Assembly: GCA_020137815.1 (NCBI GenBank)
Contig: CM035352.1
Span: 5,518,001-5,582,000, forward strand
Length of the DNA stretch: 64,000 nucleotides
Direction of reading: 5' to 3'
Source of the DNA: Hormiphora californensis
Lineage: Eukaryota; Animalia; Ctenophora
Numbering within the stretch: the first letter of the stretch is position 1; each line of letters begins with the position of its first letter. Below are positions 12,042 through 22,911 of the stretch, piece after piece. The position numbers and the translations under genes are program-made. The notes beneath the pieces were generated by a model, which ran no database searches, was not told where the DNA came from, and worked only from the letters and a program-made list of their open reading frames with translations.

Positions 12042-14949
12042 TCATCGGCCGTCATTGGCAAGAGAATGGTAGAGAGATCTGGGATTCATTGGACCAGGTA
12101 AACTTGAACCCTGCAAAATGTAATGTTAGTTAGAGACTATACAGTCTGCTTTTTTGCTCCCCGATAAACAGTACTAGGTGGATGACACAATGTTCACCCC
12201 TCCCCACAACATGTACTCATCCCTCCCCATATCGAGTAATAGCTGCCAACAATGTACTATCAGTCTGATATCAATCTCTACTTACATATCCCTGATGAAC
12301 AGAGTGGTACTCCTGAGAGAATACATCTGAAAGGAGCTGTTCTCTTTCCTCCTCGTATTGATCAGCTGTGTCGGCCCTCTGTTTTATTCCCTCCATTTTA
12401 ACCCACATCTGTTAAAGGTGGGAAAAGTGTCATGTACATTGTACATGATAAACAAACATAATATATTTCGAAAAGGATAGAATCTGTCAGGCCAATGCTC
12501 TGACCACAGTTCTCGCGCGAGAATGGGTCAGGCCAATACTCAGGCAGGATAGAATTGGAAGAAAAAGTATGAAATAAAGTTGCTGTAGACAGCGAGGTAT
12601 TATCATTACCTCAAGCCTATCAATGTAAGGTTTAAGAAGAGTAATGACGATCCACAGGAACAATGAAGCAGCCACCGTAGCTATACAGAAACTAACCAAA
12701 CCTTGCCTGGAGAGGGGAGGGAGTGTTTGGAATTTTTGGAATCGGAAATACACGGACAGCAATCTAAAATGTGTCTGAATTTTGATGTGAAACTTGCCCA
12801 ATGTTACAACATATAAATACAGCGTGTTACAACATGTTAATTACAACAGCAACAATTGGAATACATCTCAGCAGGTTATGAAATGAAATTGTTATTGAGA
12901 TAATGATTTGAGTTGAGACCCACACAAAACTGCAGTACATTTATATTCAGTTGTCAGGCACTGACTGTACATCGCGCACCCCGACCTTCGGCCCGGTGCA
13001 AAGAGGACGGTCTTATATGAGACAAATATTCGGCAACTTACAGTAAAGGCTGACAGACTATCCCCACTATCCCCTTATAATCCTGGAAGATTTGTTTTAG
13101 CAGTTGAAATAACAATATAAAGGTGTTATTAGGATGTCCCAGATCAATCACATTATCTCCTCCAACACCCGTTCTGTTAAACTGTAAATCAGCTCTGTCA
13201 GTATAGTAGCCCAGGACAGTATTTCATTGATATATGAACACACGTACACAGCACATATTCATGATATTGTAACACATATCACGTACAAGATCACATACCT
13301 GGGTTAACTTGTGACATGACATGAGATCTTTCAGTTTCTGTGTCTCAGAGGTGAGTTTAGCAACGTTTTCAGCAACACCCGGTACAATCTAACAGGGCGA
13401 GGGGGTGTTATTGAATAGAGAGGAGGAGTGATGGTACAATCTAACAGGGTGGGGGTGTTATTGAATAGAGAGGAGGAGTGATGGTACAATCTAACAGGGT
13501 GGGGGTGTTATTGAATAGAGAGGAGGAGTGATGGTACAATCTAACAGGGTGGGGGTGTTATTGAATAGAGAGGAGGAGTGATGGTACAATCTAACAGGGT
13601 GGGGGTGTTATTGAATAGAGAGGAGGAGTGATGGTACAATCTAACAGGGCGAGGGGGTGTTATTGAATAGAGAGGAGGAGTGATGGTACAATCTAACAGG
13701 GTGGGGGTGTTATTGAATAGAGAGGAGGAGTGATGGTACAATCTAACAGGGTGGGGGTGTTATTGAATAGAGAGGAGGAGTGATGGTACAATCTAACAGG
13801 GTGGGGGTGTTATTGAATAGAGAGGAGGAGTGATGGTACAATCTAACAGGGTGGGGGGTGTTATTGAATAGAGAGGAGGAGTGATGGTACAATCTAACAG
13901 GGTGGGGGTGTTATTGAATAGAGAGGAGGAGTGATGGTACAATCTACAGGGTGGGGGGTGTTATTGAATAGAGAGGAGGAGTGATGGTACATCTAACAGG
14001 GTGGGGGTGTTATTGAATAGAGAGGAGGAGTGATGGTACAATCTACAGGGGGGGGTGTGTTATTGAATAGAGAGGAGGAGTGATGGTACAATCTAACAGG
14101 GTGGGGGTGTTATTGAATAGAGAGGAGGAGTGATGGTACAATCTAACAGGGTGGGGGGTGTTATTGAATAGAGAGGAGGAGTGATGGTACAATCTAACAG
14201 GGTGGGGGTGTTATTGAATAGAGAGGAGGAATGATGGTATAATACAGTTTAATCAGCTGTTGGGCCACTAATGACTAAGGATCAGTACAAGCTACTCTTC
14301 AGTCTTCCTAATTTGTTTGTGTTTTGGGCTGAATAAATAGCCCATACAATGAAAGCACAATACTAATTGGCAATTTGGCTGGTATAAACTCACCCGTTTG
14401 CCCCAGATGGAGAGAGAGAAGTTGAGAACCTCCAGAATACTGTCAGTCATGTCCAGTAATCTTACATCCGGTACTGCTAGCTGAAACATTAGCCAGTGTG
14501 CCTGAAAACCAAGGAACCCACTGACTTACTACTTAATAAGATACCAAAGGGGTTCCAGTACACAATCTACAATCCAGTAATACCCAACTCTAAACCGAGA
14601 TGTATTTGAGGAGTCATTGAGGGACCCGGTTACAATCTACTCACATTTGGGTCCTGACATGCCATGAATAGGGCGATGACTTCATCGGCTATACCCTGCA
14701 TCACCATCACGTACTTCAAGAACATGGTGTGCTCTATACAGATATCCGCTGAAGCCTGAGAATAGAATGGTGGGTTAGTGCTCATGGTGGGCTAGTGCTC
14801 ATGTCACTGATATGGATACGGTTGGTCAATTAGACATTAGAGTTTTCTATCCGGGTAGGGGGTGAGTTTTCTCATGTGGTAATCTCTTTCTTCTGCCATA
14901 CTTTAGACTTTAGTTCCGAACCACCCAGTGTATCATGGAATGTCGTCAT
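12042..14949 (-). CDS. Unknown protein of about 280 aa, about 9 exons (MTTFHDTLGG...LANDGR*)
   Basis: Phase-compatible GT-AG exons at about 14902-14949, 14645-14755, 14394-14501, 13299-13388, 13041-13180, 12712-12773, 12610-12680, 12286-12408 and 12042-12110. Confidence 0.6.
13381..14243 (-). repeat. Intronic 50-bp minisatellite (about 17 copies) made of the 3' splice site of exon 13299-13388
   Basis: Minus-strand unit atcactcctcctctctattcaataacacccccaccctgttag|attgtacc. Confidence 0.93.
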
Positions 14950-15256
14950 GTTGACGTGTGTGTAACGGGTAATTATTGCACGTTGTCACCGGTGCTGGAT
15001 CAAATGGGTCACATGAGAATATAGCGATATGTGAGACAAGACACATAATACGACACTGGTTCAATCTAATTGGAACCAATATCAATATATCGTGTATCAA
15101 GCTAATTGGGGTGCGTATCTCCACATTGCAGGCTCATGACTGTCAATTAGCACTTGCCCAATTAGCACGCGTGGCCCTAATTAACAAATACAGTTAGAGT
15201 GGAGGAGGAGGTTGGAATGTGTAAATTCCATGCCCTCTCATCATTGCTGTGGATGG

Positions 15257-15296
15257 TATAAAGGATAGATCCAAGAACCTGGATAGTATCATTCAG
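15257..15296 (+). promoter_or_regulatory. Candidate TATA box plus initiator for the 15512 ORF
   Basis: TATAAA at 15257-15262; TCATTC about 32 nt downstream. Confidence 0.35.
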
Positions 15297-15511
15297 TGTG
15301 TGTTTCAATCTTCAGCAACTACAACCAGCAGCAAACAAGTTCTTCAACAGTTTAGTTACTGACTCCTCCTCTCTGTCCAACCGTCAACCTTTCTTACAGT
15401 TTATCAACTCCAAACTCCAAGCAACCTTCTACTCCATCCCTCTACCTAACTCCTATACTCCAACTTCAACCCTCTATTCCTAACTCCTAACCCCAACCCC
15501 TCTATCACACC

Positions 15512-15760
15512 ATGCAGGCCCCTACCAGCTTCCTCCAGTACACCCAGCGACTTGGCTACCCCGACCTCCTAGCACACAATGCCCTGACCAGACTAGGTGC
15601 AAATGCTGGTACTAACGAGCTGTTGACTGCAGTGATAGCTGATGCCCAGCGAAGCAACATCTCCCCTAAGAACAGCAAGAAAAGTGGACCTAAATATCTG
15701 AAAACCCAGGATTGCTATCGACTCCGAGATGGATCACCTGTCGCCCCTGCCTGGGTCTGA
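15512..15760 (+). CDS. 82-aa single-exon protein consisting of a Regnase-1/ZC3H12-type N-terminal UBA-like domain (UBA_6) and a basic tail
   Basis: FLQYTQRLGYPDLLAHNALTRLGANAGTNELLTAVI matches the remembered pattern F..KLGY......L..LG..A.TN..L..L; ATG in cacc-atg context. Confidence 0.65.
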   Translation: MQAPTSFLQYTQRLGYPDLLAHNALTRLGANAGTNELLTAVIADAQRSNISPKNSKKSGPKYLKTQDCYRLRDGSPVAPAWV

Positions 15761-15881
15761 ACAACAGTCTAAACCAGTCCCTGATATAATTCTCTAATTA
15801 TATGGAGAACACTACTAAACCTAGCACTGAGTTGGAGCATACAACTGTGAAAATACATTGAGTGACTTCTGCTGGCTTATT

Positions 15882-18800
15882 TCAGCTTATTGCAGCCATT
15901 ATTATGTAAATGTTTTACAACCCACCATAATAACTCCGTGTTTGACTGTGTGAATAGTATAGTGACTCACCAAAGGCTGTCCTCTACGAACCGGACCGTC
16001 ATGGTCATGATATGTGACAAGTGATTTGTGAATTATAATGCTACTCACCACAGCAGCTGAGAAATACAGTCCTGTTGAGATACAAGAGAGAAGAAAACAC
16101 ACCGCGAGTAGAATCAGCAAACTGAAAAAAGGAAAACAACCCCGTGCTAAGTAAGATATTGTGTGTGCTTCAAATCCCAAAATATATTGCTTTTACAACA
16201 GATTCGATAATACCCAGAAGAATTGGGTATACTGTCTGAACCTACCATTGTAGTACGAACACCTTGGTTTTCCTGTAAAACACTGCAGTCAGCAGGACAC
16301 CACAGAAAAGCATTGTAACTCCACCCAGAATTGCTGTCACCTAGCAACGGATATAACATTGTGAGGTACAACTATCATTTTGTTTGGCGAATTACAAATT
16401 GTGGTGAGTTAAATTGTTAACTGTGGTTCACATCTTATACATGGTTATCGGGCAGTACCGACTAGGTCTACGAATGTCGGGCAAAGTTTACCATTTCTCT
16501 AGTGAGGTTTAGAAAGATGAACTGATGTAGATCGGGTTTAAAATCAGGCAGTTTATCACGTTCTAGCTCTGCGAACACTTCACCAAACTTTTCCTGGAAC
16601 ATGGGAGACAAGGGAGAGGGAGGGAGAAGAGGAGAGAGGGAGAGGAGAAGAGATGAGAGGACCCCAGAAGAGAGAACGGAGAAGGGAAAGGAGAGAGAGA
16701 GGAGAGAGAGGAGAGGAGAAACGAGAGCGGAGAGAGAGAAGGAGAGAAGTAGAGAGACCCTAGGAGAGGAGGGAAGACGAAGGAGCAGGAGAGATGGGGG
16801 AGAGAGAGGAGGAAGAGAGAAAGAGAAGTCGAAGCAGAGGGAGAGAGACTTAGATGGCCCAATCGATGGGAGAGAAGAGGAGGAGAGAAAAGGAGAGGGG
16901 GAGAGAGAGAGAGAGGAGGAGAGGAGAGAAGGAGAGAGCGAGGAAGAGAGGGACCGCCTGATAGGATTGGAAGTGGCTGGGAAAAATGGGAAGAGAGGGG
17001 GACAGAGGTATGTCACAAGCTGGGGTGGGGGGGAGGGGGGGTGGGAGGGAGAGAAAAGAGGAAACGAGAGAACAAGGGGGAGGGGTCAAAGAAGGAAGGG
17101 AAAGAGAAGAATAGGAGGAATGAGGGACAGAATAAGGAGAGAGAGGAGAAACACCATTTTCGTGGTAAGGCGCACTTAGCAAACGACAGTTATCCTATAT
17201 CATCGGGGGGGGGGGTGTTAGGTGTGTGGATTAGACCCCACCAAGAAAAGAAGGGGAAATTTGGTATAGACAAAAATGGAATTTGGGTTCGACATCCAGC
17301 AATTAAAGGACCAATTTGAAATTGTGGTTTGACGTAATGAGACAACCAAAAAAAACAAATTGTGGCACCGTACCTTTACATTTAGTTTTGGCGAAAGAGT
17401 GTAAGGGGAGGTCACCAAAAAACAGTAACTCTGTTTCGATCACAGACCACCGAAATGTCTCTTACGTTAACCAGTCACAAAAAGGTTACATAAATTGTCT
17501 CTGATAAGCACTAAATTAGAAGGGACCTCCAAATTTTTACCCTTCTATTGATGTTGAATATTGAAGATGACCGTATGCCAAAACTTTTTGCCACTGCCAT
17601 CCCAAATTGAACGCCCAGACGTTTAAATTTAAGGGTAATTTGCATCAAAATTTGGAATTTATTGTCATTTTGGGATCACTGCCTCCCAACAAAGGTCCAT
17701 TCCCATCCCCCAAGCCGCCTGCCAGGTGAACCAGTTATAAATTTTTCTAGTTTTTGAAAAAGGCATTTTTGGCGAAGAGGCCCCGAATCGGTGAAGCTGG
17801 TATATAGTGTACTGGTCGAGTCTATGTAGTTAAAAGGGCAATCTCTATCTTTTTAGGTTTTAAATATATGGATGTGAAAAAGCATTTAAAAAACCCGGGG
17901 ATTATATCTAATTTTATACAAGGACTATGATAACCGTTTTTCAATTTTAAAATTAAAAAAAAGTAAGTACACTTCTCGTTTGTTGCATTCGAAAGATAAT
18001 CGTTCGAATTGTGTAGACGAATAGTTTTCATGTTCTAGGTCCAACCAGAACGTTAACAAACTGTCATAAAGATACGAGTTTTTTCAAATCAACCAAATTT
18101 CTTTGAGCTCAATTTACACCCTGAAGACGGCTTCTGATTGAAAAACGGAGACCACATTTACGAAAGATAATCGTCTATACTTTCAGAAACTATATCGCGA
18201 ATTCGTGAAACTCTGTTTCTAAGCGTCTCAAATCGCGTCTGAAGTGTTAAGACTGTATGAAAATAGATATGACGATAGTGCGTTTTTCGCCATAGCGACC
18301 TCAAATCTTGTCCAATCGATCTCAAACTTGGTCAGCATCTTTATCTAGATGAGCCTGATAATAATACATCCCTACCATGACGTTATAAATTCGTGACGTC
18401 ACGCTATGACGTCATAATGACGTCAAAATTGAAATTTTCGCATTTTAGCGATTCCTGACGGTCTTTAAACGTCCAGACATGTCTTACATCGTATTTCACA
18501 TCAGAAAATACCAAAAATATACCCCAATTATGCCAAAAACTAACAAAAATTAGTTGGCTGGAAAGGTGACCATTTTGTTGTCAAACTGACACCTTTGCCC
18601 GGCCCGGGTTACGGATATCATCGATGGGGTAAATCAGGGGTAAGTCAGGGAGTTTGAGAAGAGAGAAAGAGAGAGATAGGGGAGAGATAGAAATCAGAGA
18701 GGGAAAGATAATGATGAAACCCGGAGAGGGCAAAGGTGTCAGTTTGACAACAAAATGGTCACCTTTCCAGCCAACTAATTTCTGTTAGTTTTTGGCATAA

Positions 18801-20047
18801 TAGAGGTATATATTATCTAGGGGGAAGGATCTTTCCACGGTAAATCGAGGAACACGGTAAATAGAAGTTTTTACAACCCGATACGTTAGTAAATTGATCC
18901 ATTGGAAACTTAGACCTTTTAATCGCATCTTAGAGGGACATTATAATAAGCTATGAAACCGATTGTAATATAACCCCGGAGGCCGGAGGGCCGGGAGGGG
19001 GTGAACAGGTGGTTAGAACTCCATTTCTGTAGTTCGATATGTCCTTTGCTCGTTGTGTGGTCGTTGTGGTGTGCACTCTAGCGCTGGTAAGCGTCGCAGA
19101 GGATGATTCCTCACTTGAATGTGTGGCGTGTACCGAGGGAAACTATCCGTTGGTTGATGGGTGAGTGTGAATTATTGAGTGAAGGATTTCCGTGGGTGAA
19201 ATTTTTAGAATAGAAAATGGAATATAAATTAAGTCTCATTCTAAAAAATCCTCTAATTCAGTAAGTCTATAGCTGGAGTTGTTCCCAGCCTCCAGGCGTG
19301 TGTTGCTGGTAAATTGAATACAACCACCGATGACTGTACAGGAGACTCATCAAGCAATGCGTAAGTTAATTGTTTTTATGAAGGAGCACGGTAAATGTGT
19401 TTATAAAGGAGAAATCTTTTCTTCAGTTGTCTAAGGTGGGAGGTCAAGTCTAAGGGGTACAATTTCATCCAGCGATCGTGTGGAGCTTCCGAGAGCGAAA
19501 ACCTGTGTTCTGATGCAACCAGGTACATCTCACTAACTACTATCTAAAATTACCTAAAACTACCCAAAACTACCTAAAACTACCCAAAACTGCCCTGATT
19601 GACTAATGACTCGTTATCATTACAGGAAGGCTGCGGAATCTAAAGATGAAGACGAAGAGTACTCTTGTACGTTTGTTATTTGTACAGACTGACCTCTGCA
19701 ACTCAGCAGTATCAAAAAGTGTGGCTGCTTTCATGATCATGGGAGTGGTTGCACTACTGTTCTAATGACACGAGAGTGAGTCTGAGTGACACGAGAGGAC
19801 AGGAATGATTGAGTCTGAGAGTGAGATAATGATATATATATTTAGATGAATTATATTCAATTGTATTTCCTATTGGGTATTATCTCGATTTGATTGAATT
19901 GCTTGTATTCTCTCTATATACATATGTTCACCGGGATGGCCAATTCAAACATCAAGTCCTAATACATATCTAAATTAATATGACTTACAGCGCTAAGACA
20001 GTTGTTAGAGATATGAAGAAAGTTAGAACAGCACTGCGTCTTCTCAT
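15882..20047 (-). CDS. Four-TM PMP22/claudin-like membrane protein (partial model; middle exons lost in low-quality sequence)
   Basis: First exon MRRRSAVLTFFISLTTVLAL with gtaagt donor; TM exons VTAILGGVTMLFCGVLLTAVFYRKTKVFVLQ and LLILLAVCFLLSCISTGLYFSAAV; last exon RTAFGESLY...GVIMVVVNIYIIMAAIS* after correcting homopolymer indels. Confidence 0.45.
16600..17150. repeat. Degenerate (GA)n low-complexity tract
   Basis: Purine-rich run that produces spurious ERE/SLS ORFs. Confidence 0.85.
18516..18813. mobile_element. Two inverted copies (about 85 bp) of a DNA-transposon terminus, GGGCAAAGGTGTCAG
   Basis: 18516-18600 is the reverse complement of 18728-18813 with few mismatches; about 17800-18600 looks like the element body. 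Confidence 0.65.
19039..19765 (+). CDS. GPI-anchored Ly6/uPAR three-finger (quiver/sleepless-like) protein, 4 exons
   Basis: Signal peptide MSFARCVVVVVCTLALVSVA, LECVAC, C..RSC, C-terminal CTTDLCN (one extra base at about 19686), then hydrophobic GPI signal SAVSKSVAAFMIMGVVALLF*. Confidence 0.85.
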
Positions 20048-20125
20048 TCTGTAGGTGTAGGCGTACACGCCATTCCGCAGTCGCCAACACCCGTGAAAAC
20101 ACTAGTGGGGTGAGAAGGGGATATT

Positions 20126-20293
20126 AAACAAACAAACAAACAAAGAAAGAAACAAACAAACAAACAAAGAAAGAAACAAACAAACAAACAAGCAAACACA
20201 CCCAAACAAACAAACACACAAATAAACAAACAAACAAACAAACAAACAAACAAACAAACAAACAAACAAACAAACAAACAAACAAACAAACAA
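20126..20293. repeat. (AAAC)n microsatellite inside a minus-strand 5' UTR intron
   Basis: Visible tetranucleotide run between a minus-strand gtaag donor (about 20311) and acceptor (about 20103). Confidence 0.9.
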
Positions 20294-20404
20294 ATAAAGC
20301 CGAAGCTTACCTGCATGAATCCAAAGAGGATCAGTAAACCGAAGCCCATGAACACCCCATACAAACAAAACACCTCCAGACTCTATGAGGGAAGTGTTAT
20401 TATT

Positions 20405-20656
<252 letters not shown>

Positions 20657-21028
20657 GATACAGGTTCATTTTGTCGCAAAATCTCTCACTCAGCTCTTTC
20701 TTGAGTTTAGTTTAAAAAATTAATTTTGAACTTGTAAGAAAATGTTTCTGCCTGTATAATTGTACTAACCTGAATATATTGGGGGTTGGTGACATTAAAG
20801 TTGCTTTGTGAGAGGGACTTGAAGGAGAAATTGAGATGTGGTAGATCATGTATTGCCTCTGCCAGGGGATAGAGTGATCCGACCTCTGCAGCAGGTGTCA
20901 TGACTAGCTGCCTATAAATAGGGGAAGGACGTTAGATTGTATTTAACAGATCAAGTATGTATATCAAACTTCATGGGGATGAATTGTCTGGTGCATGGTA
21001 GACAGGGAATCAAGCACGTGTATTCTTC

Positions 21029-21181
21029 TTAGAGGCTGTGATAAAGGAATAAAGGACAGACGGCTGCGATCCCCAGCCAAAAGGGAGCAGATCAATATCG
21101 CAGCTGTGAATAAATTGCACAGATCATAGGATTCACCATAAAAGAAGCTTCTTTCATTGACCGCCCTTGTAATGGCTCCCC
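21029..21181 (-). CDS. Possible terminal exon of a second claudin/PMP22-like gene
   Basis: Acceptor cccatag, then GAITRAVNERSFFYGESYDLCNLFTAAILICSL(W)LGIAAVCPLFLYHSL* with one indel. Confidence 0.3.
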
Positions 21182-22131
21182 TATGGGAGAGAGAGAGAGG
21201 GAGGTAGTAGGCTACCAATACTTAGCTAGCTATTATACTGCAGTACGTCCCTTAGCTAGCTGCTGAACTTCTGAATTGCCATATTTTGTTGTTCTAATTT
21301 GATGACAACTACCGGGTTTTGACAAAACGACCACTAGCAGTGCTATTTCTTCTTCTTCTAGTTTCCAAGAGACATGAATGTTGCCTAATATGACAGTGTG
21401 ATTACGGGTTCCTAGGGAAATTTGCACATTGCATGAGGGAGGATTTCGCCTGGTGTCCAATGCGGTTCACAGTTGCCACATCATAACCCTCTATTTCTAT
21501 TGTTACCATTTTGGATTTCGGTTTGAACCGACAACACGCTGCCTCATATCCAGTCATATCAACATGATCCTCAACAATCTACTGGACGTGTCAGGTGTAC
21601 TGCTATTAACTTATTTCCTATCTAGACGGGGGCTTATGGATCCTCTGCTGGTGGCTTCAAATTCGATACAACACTGGGTTTTGGACTAACGACACACGGC
21701 CTTCCCTTCTCTTTCACCTAATGTAATTTCGACGCTGGATCTGTTCCTGATGCATTAAAATAGATACAGAGAAAACATTTCGCATTGTGTTTGAAGCAGT
21801 TTCTGTATCCTCCTATAATACAAAAGAAGTTATTATCATTTGATATTAATTAATTTTAATTCAATTCTCGCATTTTCCTCTCATATCCTATTCGTTTCCA
21901 TTATAATCTCTCTATTTCTCTCTCTATCTCTTTTAGTCACATTATATTGTTTTTAATATCATAATCACGATCTCATTAGTCATTATAAACATGGCCTCTG
22001 ACACTTTGATATCGATCTACATCTCTGTTCTACATAAATAGCAGTTTTCACTCTCCCTCTCTCTCTCGCTCTCTGGCGCACTCTCTCTGTCTCTCCTTTC
22101 CTTTCTCTTCCTCTCTCTCACTATCTATTTC

Positions 22132-22173
<42 letters not shown>

Positions 22174-22911
22174 ACTCTCTCTTTTTCTTTTTATAAAGTT
22201 CACGTGGCCCGTTAAACTTCCTTTTTATCTTTTAGATCCAACTCTTAGCCACTCCATGCTCATAACGTTTGAGAAATAAGTTTTCCAGACATTCTAGTTG
22301 TGATGTAGTAATAAAAGCGTTATTGGTTATGATTGTATCATTGAGTATTTCGGAGTTATATTCATTGCTAATCAGTCAGGCTCTCGAGTTATAAAGTTGT
22401 TTGTGGTTTTATGCTGTCTGGCGCTATAACAGACTCGATCTGAGGTTTCGAAAACTCAAAACGGGGTCTTATACACCAGACAGGTTTTATGTGGAGCTGT
22501 GACATTTCCGCCTGTCTTCTCGACCGCAATTAGGAATGAGTTTTTATTCACACATTAAGACATGAAATGATCACAATATGTGCATTACAGTTGCAGTTCT
22601 AGAAATGAATTTCTCAATGACATTACTCCGATAGCAGAGGCACGTATGAGATTTATTACGAGAGGCGTGTGTTATAATTTAGAAAATGCCACATCCTATT
22701 CTTTCTCACTGGAAAAAGCCATCGCTTCGTGAGGCACTCTCTCAATGAACCGTATTAAATCTCGCCCTGCAGGCCAGGAGCTCTTTTTTACCGTGAATAG
22801 TTAGTTAGTTTTGCCGATATCTCGACATCTCGTTTTAACTCGTATTTTCCCCAAGTTTGCTGCTGAAGGGTTTACTAATTATAATCACGCACTATCTCCC
22901 TAACTCCAGAG

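Noticed and set aside
12286-12680. Gamma-tubulin complex (GCP5) identity from LKPYIDRLEMWV
   Set aside because: Only a short motif; the protein is too small and lacks the following DP..EF motif
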